From contig OU015567.1 of assembly GCA_907165135.1 (NCBI GenBank), positions 2,170,001-2,234,000 on the forward strand: 64,000 nucleotides of DNA. The letters run 5' to 3'. Position numbers and translations under genes: made by a program. The notes beneath the pieces are model-generated. The model was given only the letters and a program-made list of their open reading frames with translations. It searched no databases and was not told the origin of the DNA. Below are positions 1 through 11,447 of this stretch, one piece after another; within the stretch, counting starts at the first letter, position 1, and each line of letters begins with the position of its first letter. The DNA comes from Oikopleura dioica (Eukaryota > Animalia > Chordata).

Positions 1-560
1 AAATTATTTTCTTGAATAGCCATTCCAGAGCGCAGAGATGCAGGTAGACTTGGACAGTGATGATTGAGCTCATTTTAGCCCAATAAAACACCTAGATTGA
101 ATAAACAAGAGATTTTTAAGTTATGAATTGCCTTCTTGAAACCACATTGAGCGAAACAGTAGACTGCGGCGACAATGTCAACGACCAGGGAAATAATAAG
201 CAGTCCAAGAGGAACTCCAACTCCAATATCGTAATCAACTCGCGCATCAACTCGGTCGATCTCGGTCGGATTTGGTCGAGTCTATTCAGTTTTTCGACGA
301 ATAATTTCTCCCTCGATTTTCTTTTATCAAAACTGTGCCTGAATGAAAATCAGCGTTTGTTTCTTCAACATTCCAGCGGAGAATTTTATGTTGATGTCAT
401 AATCGGTCGTTAAATTTTTCGAATTGAGGACGTTCAAAAGCTCTTGGCTGAAATCTTCCTTCTTCGTCAAATTCTCCCCAGAGTACCAAAAGAACCCGAA
501 AGCTCCAAAGCATGTCATGATCGTTGCGATCCTAATAATGGCTTTTTCGCGCTCTAGAAT
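1..560 (-). CDS. Hypothetical membrane protein, multi-exon, boundaries uncertain
   Basis: Minus-strand frames give two hydrophobic segments: IATIMTCFGAFGFFWY (ORF 327-518) and VGVPLGLLIISLVVDIVAAVYCF (~150-230). No family recognised. Confidence 0.35.
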
Positions 561-816
561 GCTTATAACTTACGCTAGGGGGATGAAAACCCCTGTATTC
601 ACAATCATTATCTCTTTCTCTCTTCTTTTCAAAAACAATAATTCTGCCTCTCGCTTAAAATAAAAAATCGCCTCTGAGACTCAAAATCCGAATCAGAAGC
701 TAATGATCTTCATACTCCACTGGAGCAGTTAATGAATAACACCTCCAGAGAGCATTCCTGAAAGGAGTCATAAAAAAATTCCCAAATTGATGTTGAAGTT
801 GATGATTCAGTTTTTT

Positions 817-2840
817 TTATTCTTGTGGCAGTGGAATTCGTTTTTCTGATATTCTTTTGAAGAAGAGTTGTTTCGCGAAATCGTAGAACTCGACGTCCAA
901 GGCATTGTCGCTCTAGAAAAGAGACCATAATGATAGCATTTATGATTTTGTATAAGAATTTTATGATTGGGCTAAAAGTCGAAGGAATATTCATACATGA
1001 AAGCCGCACTCATGAAACCTTAATACCCGATTTTCTTAGACATAGAATCAATCGGCCCATTACCTTTATTCTTTCAATAATATCATCGGGTATCTCGACA
1101 TCATCTTTGAATCTCTCCGTCTTTGTCTTGTGGTACTCCCAGTCTTCCGAAAACTTCAGCCTGAAAGTTGCTTCGAAGAGTTGCTGCGATTCTTTTTGAT
1201 ATTCAAGCATGCTGAAGAAGTCGATATTTTCAAGGTTTCTTTTTGCAGACTCGAGTAAGTGCCGGCCGAGATTTTGGTCTGGAACTCGCATGTCGTAGTT
1301 TTTGAAGCCTTCGTAGCATCCGATCGACTTTAAAGATCATTAAAACATTTATTGAACTGCTATGGACATCAATTCATTTCTACTTCGTATTAAGAATGTT
1401 TAGTTATCAACAAAATTATCCTTGAAAAGTAAATAAAAGATAAGAAAAAGTAAAAGAAATCACTTTTGATTTCTGCTTTATTTTTTCTAGAAGAAAATTT
1501 ACCTCGAGATCAGCAATCATCCTCGTCTGCCGATTAAACGCCATGTTCGTCTCACAAGCCATAAAATCTTCGAGTTCTACTCCCAGCCACTTTTCAGTCT
1601 GATAGCACTGGGGAATCGTGTTTCTCCTGGAGTCGCAGAGAAGATGTTGTCTTTGTTTAGGGATCATACATTTTTTAATTACTAAAACTAGTTCAAGGCG
1701 GATTTTCGGTGATGAAATCAAGGAAGAGCGCTCTCGTTTGAATGAACCCTTTCTACTCCAAGTGGCCCCACGCTGAACATGACGCCACTCAGATAAAAAT
1801 CGATCTATTGGGTCTCTCAGCGTCTAGAAACACTTTCAGTCGCGACCGGCAAAAATGTACTTACAGTTACATGAAACAGCTTTCTTCCTTCATACGAGGG
1901 GCCATCTAAAGATCGTAGCTTTCTTCTTGCGCAGTCCTTAAATCGGTTTTTAGGGAAAACACCTTGAATTGAACCTTCAAAGCGGTCCAATCAGGGTGCA
2001 CTCCACAAGGCCATCCGACAGTGTATCTACTGTATAAAGCTCAATCTCAATTTGTTTACTTGTAAATGCAAGAGAATGCAAGCAAATTTGGCCCTGGTTA
2101 TTAAGGGTGTAACTTTCTTATTTCCTTTGGGAAAGCTTTTCCTAAAGAGCCAAGTCGAATTCTTTCCAGGATGCTTGCAGGAGCTATGGTGCCAATTTGA
2201 CCTTTTCTGCATCGATTCTGGGGGCAAACTACAGTGATTTCCTTCCAAGTCGCTTATCAATTTTCTGTTGAATGTCGTTCCTTTCAAAGGGTTCTCTCTT
2301 TTGAAGAAAGATAATTCGAAAAAAGGGGACAACCCGTCCCTCCAGTTTTCTGGACATGAAGAATGACGAGCACGTGGTTTTCGTTGTTGATATCAAACTT
2401 TTGGTTGTTCTCAGCATTTTTGCTTGTATTTTTGACTAATCAATTTTTTTCACTGTAACCCTAGAAATACTGCACCTTTTACGCGCCTGTAAGAACATGC
2501 CTTGGCCGACACCAAAACGAAGAAGAAACCAAAAATCATCATTCTTCAAGGGATTTTTAGACTCCTCTTTCTTTCTTTCTCTTTCTTTTTTCTCTTGTCA
2601 ATTTTTCTTTTTCAAAATTGAATTTTGATGATTTTATTTTATTTGATTAACGAGGAGGGATGTTGGCGAGCTGGGGCTGGCCCGAGCTTGTGCAAATAAA
2701 TACTGTTCATTCTCTTCAAAACTTTCGGATTTCGAAAGATTTCAAAAAATACTTGCGAGCCGGGGTTTATTTTCTTACGTGGAAAGGTAGATGCCAAAGA
2801 AGATGATGATTTGACGCGGCCGGGGGATTCTCAGTCTCAT
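817..2840 (-). CDS. HS6ST: Heparan-sulfate 6-O-sulfotransferase
   Basis: Family motifs in order across small exons: VILHVQKTGG (PAPS loop, ~2340-2380), GWPCGVHPDW (~2000), RFLSEWRHVQRGATW (~1760-1800), CYQTEKWLGVELEDFMAC..NRQTRMIAD (1510-1620), LLESAKRNLENIDFF (1010-1291), NALDVEFYDFAKQLF then TAA at 817-819. The start (MRLRIPGPRQIIIFFGIYL at 2840) is tentative. Confidence 0.9.
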
Positions 2841-3153
2841 TTTTTCGTGAGAACAATTTGAATGAGATATCGTTCTACAGTTTTTTCGCACAGTATCGCA
2901 AGCCTGTCAATTTTAAGTCTCGCAAACAAACGCCTTCGACTATGAATTAATTTTCGTTTTCTTCTCACACAGAAGAAATCTTCCAGCAGACGGGGTCCTC
3001 CGCCCTGCATGAAAAAGTGGAATACACTCACACGGTGTCGCTTATTCGGGCTTTGGTCAAGGGCACCCCCTACTTTTATCGGTAATTTCATTGTAGTTTC
3101 CTAGACGTTGAGTTACGGTCTTTAGGCGCTAGACACGTGTCTTGACATCCTCA

Positions 3154-3878
3154 GGACGAAATAAATCGTAATTAACGTGCTGGATAAAAATTTTTCAAAT
3201 AGAGTTAATTTTGCTTTTATCGGATTCAGCGTGTTCGAAAACCTAGAAAAAATAGTACTTTTTGACTTCTGGTGTGAAATAGCGATAAGCGCGGCACTTC
3301 AAAAGTGAAAAGTATGTCACTTTTGGAAATAGATTTCTAGCGATGCGTCAATGATATAAAAATTCTAATCGTACAGACGTTTAGATAATTGTCTATTCTT
3401 GTTGGCACTTTTTTAAAATCTTCAAAAAGTTAATGTTTACCCTACTTTTCGAGCGATTATGATCACCCAGCGCGCCCGCTCTCATTTTTCGTCCGCTGAA
3501 CTCACGCTGGGGAGTCCCGCTTGGGACCAGGCGGACGTTGATTACCACTCGATTTTCAGACGGTTCATCTTTGAGCGTTCGAAAAGTAGGGTAAACATTA
3601 ACTTTTTAAAGATTTCAAAAAAGTCCCAACTAGATTAGACAATTATCTAAAAGTCTGTTTGATTAGAATTTTTATATCATTGACGCATCGCTAGAAATCT
3701 ATTTCCAAAAGTGACATACTTTTCACTTTTGAAGTGCCGCGCTTATCGCTATTTCACACCCGAAGTCAAAAAGTACTATTTTTTCCTAGGTTTTCGAACA
3801 CGCTGAATCCGATAAAAGCAAAATTAACTCGAGTTGAAAAATTTTTATCGAGCACGTTAATTACGATTTATTTCGTCC
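3154..3878. mobile_element. Non-autonomous foldback/MITE with ~295-bp inverted arms and 3-bp TSD TCA
   Basis: The left arm GGACGAAATAAATCGTAATTAACGTGC... (3154 to ~3450) is the near-perfect reverse complement of ~3577-3878 (...GCACGTTAATTACGATTTATTTCGTCC). TCA flanks both ends (3151-3153, 3879-3881). Confidence 0.9.
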
Positions 3879-5081
3879 TCAGTTGGACAACAAGACGAGA
3901 AAAAAATTGTTCAAGAAGAAGCGTGAACTTTTTTTTCCAAATCTTAAATTGATTTTCAATTAGGATTGACTCTGGTCACCAAAGTTCAACCGAAGCTAAG
4001 ATGGATTTTCGTTGAAGATCATATTTTAGATCCATCATTCTTACCAAATAAAATTTCTGAAACATGCCACAAGCGTTTTGTTCAAGTTCTAAACAAAAAG
4101 AGTATGCGATTGATTATTTGAGCAATTTTCTAAAATCAAACAATTTCAATGTTCCGATCGGAATTCTCCACGGGGAGGCATCAATTTTTCAACCATCAAG
4201 CTCAAAATCACCAAGCGGCTTCCAAGGCGGATCATCCCACACGGATCAACACGAGGTTTTCGGTTTCAACGCGAAGAAAATAAAAAATCTTTTTACCTTG
4301 GCGAAAATTATTTAGCTGAATTTTGAGCTCGCTCTGCTCAGAAAAATAATTTATCTCGATATTTTGATTTTCTCTTTTGAGTTTAATTCTATCAAATCTT
4401 TTTCTAAATCCTTCAAAATGAGCTTAGAAAAGTGCTCGAATCGCCTTTAAAACTTGACTTAAAAAGTTCTTAATCATATCCATTTTCCTCAATCCACTTC
4501 TTTTCTGAACGTTGTCAAACGTGAGGAATAAAGTCCCCCGGCTCCTATTACTGCAAGCTTTTTTCTTGGCCTAAGTTTCCGGCTCATCCTTTTTTATCCC
4601 GACTTTTTTTGTTGCTATTTTGAAATTCTATGCTATTTTAGGCTGCTTTTGACCGTGAATCGAACCGGTCTAGAATTAGAATCTAGCGGTGTGCTGTGAC
4701 AATTATAGCATTCTAGTTCGACTAATTTAAGGTGACCTTGAAAATTGTTCCTAGTCTAGGAACTTCCTAGACCGCTTAAAACTAGCAGCATTCCTCTGTT
4801 TTCATCATTTTAGAAATAAAAATGGATTGTTACAGTAGCTTCCGATTTAAAGCCTGTTTTTGTATCACTGCTTCCACGTGGGAAAAAAACATTACGCGCA
4901 CATTATGCGCAAAATTGCCGTAGCGCCAACTTGCGGGAGCGCTGCGCCGCGCATTCCACGGTTTTTTTCTTATCGCTCCTTCTTATCGATTTTCATAATT
5001 ATAGTTTTGAGATAAACTATCAATACTTTAGTTTATTGTTTTTTATAAATATTTTGTATAAATTCATCGAGAGAAAGAGAA

Positions 5082-8000
5082 ATGTGGATATTGCCGGTTC
5101 TTTTTGTCGGAAAAATAGCTGCAGAATCGGTATGCGATTGGAAGAAATGCCACAGAAATCGAGTCTGCGAGAGGGGACGATGTCGTCGACCGACTGCAAG
5201 GACAGTTTGCGATCTTGGCTACATCCCTAACGCTGCTGGGGATTGTGTGGTCAATCCATGCATCGGTCATGCTTGCCACAATAATGCAAATTGCAATGCT
5301 CTGCCGAAAGAAGATAATGAGAACGAATACGAAGCAGTTTGTCAGTGCAAAGATGGTTACATTGGAGACGGAACAGTGAGTTACACATAATCATTTTAAT
5401 TTTTTGGTTATTTTTGGCAGTTTTGAGCCAGTTGGGCCATTAAAATTTTCTTAAGGAAAATGAGATATTTTGTCGGGATTTTTTTGTTGGTTCCCGATAC
5501 GGTATCGGCGATACCTACAGATTTTTTCTTCATACTGAGTTTTAACGGACGTCCATTATTAATGATTTTTCTATAAAAATAGTCCGAATTTGAATTATCA
5601 AAGACGGTGATTTTTAGAATATCTATATGAGCTATTATTCTATCAATCAAATGATCTTTCCTCTCGATGATTTTTTGAAGATCATTAATTGTTTTTTGAC
5701 TCTCACGAATTTCATTAAGGATTTTTGAGTCAAATCCTTGATTGTTGATTTCACCGAAATTTCGAGATAAAAAGACAAGGAAAAATGACAAGACAACAGT
5801 GACAACTTCAGGCGATTTCAGTAATTTAAAAAACGAACGAGCAATATTTTTTCCTTCTTTCAGCAGAAGCCACAAGTTTTTCAGCCATTTCTTTATAAAA
5901 TTCGAAGTTTTCCTTTTCGTATTTTACTCTGAGCGCTTCGTATTCTGCAGTTTTCTTGCTCATCTCTCTATGCGTCATTTCAATTATTCTTTGCATTTCT
6001 CTGTGGTTCAATTCCATATTTTCGACTCGGTGTTCAAGCCAACCAACTCGTTTATGGAGATCTTCATTCTCTTCTCTGATTTGTTTTATCTTCGCTTCGG
6101 CATTCATTAGGTTGTCAGAAAGCAAGCTCGATTTGTAAGCATGGTCCTTTATTTTCCCCTCGAAGATCTTTTCTATTTCTTCATTTGATGGACCTTTACG
6201 AAAAAATCCGTTGCTCGCGTCATCAGTATAAAAGCAATAACTTTCGCTTACTGAACTTCCTTGAGACATTTTTTCACATGCTCCTAAGAATTCGGAAAAA
6301 GAAATTTTTTTCGTAAATAGAACTTCGATCCGAATCAAACAAAGTTACCCTGTTTTGAAATTTCAAATCGAGCAAATAAAAATTTTTAAGGACAAACGAC
6401 TCATCTGAAAAAAATCTCAAATTCTTGCCATAAAACATCTCCTGATGAAAAAACGTGTTCTTCACGTCAGACACTTGATAATTTCTTAATATAGATGAGC
6501 TGTACATCTGACTTCTGCGGGCTTGGGCGACACAAGTGCGGTGCCTTCGCCGAGTGCAAAACACTTGACGCTTTGTACGATTACGACTACGAGTGCTATT
6601 GTATCGACGGTTACGTTGGCTTTGGCTCTAGACATCGAGACACTGGCGGAAGCGGTTTCAGAAGAGACTGCATGCCTTTTCCTTGTGACGCCAAAAATAC
6701 GCCTCCTACAGATCCAGGAAAGGTTAATTTTATTCACCATCATATGATACTTGTTTTTCAACAATTTTTTTAATCAATTACAAAATTTGATAACTGAAAA
6801 AATAAATTCATGAAAATAAATAACAAAATATAGTACTTTCATTTCTAATTTTCCAAAAACAAAACACCATAATTGTATTCTTCGAGTGACTAAAATCAAC
6901 TTTCTTATTTCACTCTTTATTGACTAAATCTATAAACTCCAAAAACCGCATGGGTAAAAAGTTCCGTCATAAAAGTGTAAATATAAAAAGAAGATCTCAA
7001 ACCTCTTTAAGACTATGAAATCTACCTACCAACAAATCTGAACGACGGCTTCAATTGGTATTCCGCCCAGCAGATGTGCCAAGAAAAAGGAATCGGCTGG
7101 GACCTGGCCGTGATCGAAACAGAAGCCGAGTACGAAAAAATCATGAATCTCATGAACTGCGATACGACTGGTGTTTGGTTGGGGTACAAAGAGAAGTTTC
7201 GAAGTCTTCTGACGACTTTGAAGATGTCTTTGGCGACCGACCAGTGGTCATCAACGATAAGGTAAAAAGAAATCTGAAGTGCGATAATCCAAAATGAAGA
7301 AAATAGGAGGTAGAATTCGCTCTGATCCAGCAGGGATATCGAACACGTTCGAGTAGATTTAAGGATTACCACACCTGCATTACTTTTTCATGAATTTTGA
7401 TAAGTCTAAATTTTAATTGGAATTTTGAATTTTTATGAAAATTCAGTGGGCGACGGGCGAACCAAATTTGACTGAAGAAAAAGCTGCTTGTGTCCGAATG
7501 AGAGTCGGTCAATTCAGGAAATGTTCGATTTTTTTTACCAGGAAGGACAAAAGCCGCCCCTTTTAGAGTCATTTATGAACAGTTAAAAAGCGATGGCAAC
7601 TGCCGCGCTTCCCGCTACGGCTCCAAGCATACGATCGCTTCGATGGGCTACGTTTGCGAGCGGCATGCTGCCAAGCCAGCTCCTGGAATCCGCTGCGAAA
7701 CGAAAAACGACAACGATCGAGTTGAACCGTTCGAGACCAAGGCCGGATGTCCGGCGCCGTCTTGTTTCGGCGGTAGCGGCTTTCAAATCGTCGATGCGTG
7801 GAGAAAACGGGACCAGGGAACTTATGCTTTCAACTATGGATTCACAGGTTTTAAATTAAAGAAAAAAACTATTAGGTCAATATGCTAATGAAAATCATGT
7901 TCGTGATGTTTTTTTTTCTAAAAAGTTTTTGAAAATTCTTGATCTTTTTTTCCGAAAAACTTCGTGAATATTAAAATCCAGGCTTTTAGAGAGCTCGTTG

Positions 8001-9415
8001 ACGCAAGAGTTGGACTACTTTATTTTTGAATAAATTGCAAAAAGTACCGTCGAGTCCAAAATTAGTGAACTTGAGTCCGTGTTTTGAAGTTATTTTTAGA
8101 GGCCATGTTATACCACCATAATTCGTATTTCATTTAACAGCATTTAGCGCTCGCCTTTGACATAGATTTCTATTTACACAATCTTGCTTTCTTTTTTAGA
8201 GGCGGTTTATGCTAATTGTCATTATTGCTTTATTTGACCAATTGTCAATTCAAATTTCTAGCGGCTTTTTTTCTCGGGACGGATGCGCATGACGCTGATG
8301 GTGCTTCGATTATGATGCGGTTCGCAAGAGGGAATAGGCAACACAATATTCAGACGTGGAACTTGAAGTTCTGGGGATTCTACAATGAGAACAGGGATGT
8401 TCTCTTTCATACAAAGGAAAAGGGTTGATATTTCTCGAAAAAAAACCTACAACAATGTCAACAGATAAGACGCTCTTCCATCGAAAATCTGATATGCCAA
8501 AGATCATACATTTGATTTTTGACCAATGAAAATCGTAAATGGTTCTAAAATTTTCTCCAATAATATTTATTGATGGCAAAAATTTTCAGAAGGCTGATTT
8601 ATCATTTTTTCTGATTTTTCTCCGCCAATAAATATCGATTTTCTTGAGAAAAACCTTTTTTTCATTCAAATTAAAAGTGACAAAATCATCAACCATTAAC
8701 AACAGTACTGGTCAACAGATCGTCTCGATCGTCGATCAGTAATCGTCACAGTCGAAAATCTCAACACTCCCGATTATCCCGAAGTCTTTTTCTGGAAAAA
8801 CCGCATCACTCGTCATCGCTGCTTCATGCCCGAATTCGCCCGTTCCAGGCCTCAGGTAATTTTTTAAAATCTTGAGAGTTCATAAGAAAGGAAGCTTTCG
8901 AGCAGCATGACATTTTACATTTGTAATTCGGGAGTAGCGTTAACTCGGGGGAAATCGAGATGAATCACTGACAGGGGATTTATGAGAACTGATTGACTGT
9001 GATTTTTCGATTGTAATGAGGTTAAATTGTCGGACGAAACTTGTTATGAAGCCTTAACTCGTAAATGTCGGCAAATGTCTTCGAATGTCGCAAAATGTCT
9101 CCGAAGGTCGCAAAATGTCGCCAAATGTCTCCGAATGTCGCCAAATGTTGGCAAACATCGCCTAGTGCCGATAAAACTGGCAACAATTGGCTACATTCGG
9201 CGACATTTAGCGACATTCGCCGACTTTTAGCGACATTCGGCGAGACTCCGCAACAAAATCAAAGCGCGTCGACTCTTCTATAGAAAGATTCGTTATCCTA
9301 TTATTTCTAGTCGCTTGAAAACATCGCCCGCCACCTCAAACCCGAGCTGGAAGATTTGGAAGAAATCCGCCAAGTCAGTTTCCGAAACGGCCGTTTCCGA
9401 AAAATCAAGACCTAA
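5082..9415 (+). CDS. Secreted EGF-EGF-C-type lectin multidomain protein
   Basis: Signal-like MWILPVLFVGKIAA; EGF1 CIGHACHNNANC..CQCKDGYIGDG; phase-0 GT-AG intron ~5377-6494; EGF2 CGLGRHKCGAFAEC..CYCIDGYVG; CTL motifs FNWYSAQQMCQEK..LAVIETEAE..GVWLGYK (~7020-7193) and MGYVCE; further exons at ~7585-7850, 8270-8415, 8700-8850 and 9310-9415 (stop TAA). Confidence 0.8.
5408..6269 (-). CDS. Nested coiled-coil/TM/coiled-coil protein inside intron 1 of the EGF-CTL gene
   Basis: Two long overlapping ORFs (5826-6338 and 5408-5875) with heptad-like sequence (EAKIKQIREENEDLHKRVGWLEHRVENME) and a hydrophobic VVTVVLSFFLVFLS segment. They can be joined by a short GA-AG intron near 5810-5860. Confidence 0.6.
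9062..9245. repeat. Intronic ~10-bp minisatellite (AAATGTCGCC-like) followed by inverted copies (GGCGACATTT-like)
   Basis: Direct units aatgtcggc/aaatgtcttc/gaatgtcgc/aaatgtctcc at 9062-9160; reverse-complement units cggcgacattt/agcgacattc at 9198-9245. Confidence 0.8.
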
Positions 9416-9759
9416 AGAAAGTCCAAATCTTCTTTCATTTTGCTCCTTCCTCTTTTTCATCCCCTTTTTCACGAAAAGAACAAGACTGTTTCACTTTTGC
9501 CAAGCGAAAAATACTTCCGGCCCAGAGTAGAATTTGTAAATATTATTTAAATTTAATCCTGCCTTGCTGTAAATAAAAACATCGTCACTTATGTTTAGTG
9601 TTTTTTGCAAACGGGATGGCAATTTGTCATCTCATGAATTTTATAAGTGCACTTTAGTTCTAACGTGAGGGCGAGAACACGTGGTAGTTGGGATGAGCGC
9701 TGGAAATCGAATAAGTCTATTGAGAATTTTGAGAAGTTTATTGGGTTCTTGATTGAGCG

Positions 9760-10146
9760 CTAGAAGAAAAGCCAGCCGAAGAAGAAATCGTAGTTGAAGA
9801 GCATTATTCCAACGACGCTAGAAATTTCAGTGAATCATGGAACTTAACTAGGGGAAGATTAAGGGTATCACATTTTTCGACCAATCAGAAGGAAAGCAGC
9901 GGAATGCAAAGAAAGGGAAACTTTGACCAATCAGGGGTCTGAATTCATTGACTATTCGAAAGTCCCCATAAACCTTTCTGATTGGTCAGATCGCCCCCTT
10001 TTTTGAGATGAAGTCCTTCTACTCTCTCACTCTGGACTTGATTCTTACCTGAGGCAGAGAAGGATGAAGATAGAAATGAGATGATTTTGAATAATCTCCG
10101 TTTGCCGAACATTTCTTCTCCCTTCTCTATATTCTGCGTCTGGCAT
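9760..10146 (-). CDS. Putative 51-aa single-TM micropeptide, two exons
   Basis: ATG at 10146; exon 10049-10146; canonical GTAAG..TTCTAG intron 9818-10048; exon 9760-9817 with stop TAG. Total 156 nt: MPDAEYREGRRNVRQTEIIQNHLISIFILLCLSVVGIMLFNYDFFFGWLFF. Confidence 0.5.
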
Positions 10147-10421
10147 GGCGAAGCACTGCGCTAGAATCTGCGAACTGATCAAAGACGAGAACAAAATCGA
10201 TATCGATGAGAAATGGTCTAGCTTCAACTCGTTGCAATTTATTATTTATTGACTGCGATTCAGTTGCTAGACCTGCCACAGACTTTCTCCCCCTTTCTTT
10301 TTTATTATTTTTTTATTATCAAGTCATTTTTGCGTTTCAAAACTTAATTTGGTTAAATTTTGTTTATTATTGATCAGGAGAAACAAAAATTGCAGGAATT
10401 TCAGAATAAAGTTTTCTCTTT

Positions 10422-11072
10422 TTATAAACCAACTCCACTTCCTTCTTCCTCGATATAATGTCGGAAGGCAATGCATTCGGTTTTGTTTCTCGTCTCGTAG
10501 TAGACACCTGTTTTGTGCATGTAAAATCCACTCTCTCCCTTTCCGTGTAGTTTTGCAGCAACCATGATGTTGAATCTTCAATATCATATTGAAAATATGC
10601 ATATTTTCAAATAACAAACCCGTCATAAGAGTTGTGCGCAATAATCATGCAGTCCTTGACACAGGTCGCAAATTCCTCCTCATTGGCGCAGCGGGACTCG
10701 CAAGATTCGCACTAAAATAAGGTTGGTTAAAGAATTGTCATTCTTCAACCTAACCTTGACAGCAAAAGACGAAAAGTCAATCGTCTTCGTTGATTTCGGC
10801 CCGCAAACTGCCCGAAGAGAACCTGCTCTTGGCTGTGCTGTGTGTCGCCCTTCTGCGTCAGCAATGCCATTAGCAATAATACAGTTGTAATGCTGGCTGT
10901 AGTTTCGTTCAAGATTCTTGCTCATTTTCACTGCGCATTCGGTCATTCCAGATTCGGAATTTGCGCAAAGCCGGAGTGTGTTGAGCATGATATCTTCAGC
11001 AGTATCGGCTCGCTCATCGAAAAATCGGCCAAAAGCGGAAGAAAAAGCGAAAAGTCCGACGAAAATTTTCAT
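10422..11072 (-). CDS. Orphan secreted cysteine-containing protein
   Basis: Signal peptide MKIFVGLFAFSSAFG; Cys-containing exon 1; after an intron, CESCESRCANEEEFATCVKDC (~10645-10708); last exon ..GFYMHKTGVYYETRNKTECIAF..GVGL stop at 10422-10424. Confidence 0.6.
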
Positions 11073-11447
11073 GGTGACAAAATTGAATTGACTAGAAGCA
11101 GAAAATTTTGGGGATTATATTGGTTGAACAGCTTGTTAGATCCCAAGGCAGGGATGGAAAGAGGCCAGAAATGACGATTGCGGGTAATTTTTTTGGCAAA
11201 GATAAGAATTTTTAAAGCCAAAATATACAGAATTTTTTTGCTTGTTCAGCGACATCCTCGATATTTCGGAAATCTAGAAACTTCAACAGCTCAATCCAAA
11301 TCAGTGTGATTTTGCTGACTCAAATAAATTGGGTGCACTTCGTGTCATCGCCGCGGTCCTAATGGACATTTTTTGATAGTGCTAAACCCTGTCTTCATCT
11401 GCTGATCTGCGAATTCGGAACACAATTGCTTTCAGAGTTGGTCAAAG

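Noticed and set aside
5820-5850. Programmed frameshift (TTT TAA) joining the two nested ORFs
   Set aside because: A short GA-AG intron joins them in frame more simply, and there is no canonical slippery heptamer in the right frame.
9022-9283. ORFs with repeated RQMS/NVAKC or ATFGDI motifs
   Set aside because: They are translations of the intronic minisatellite.
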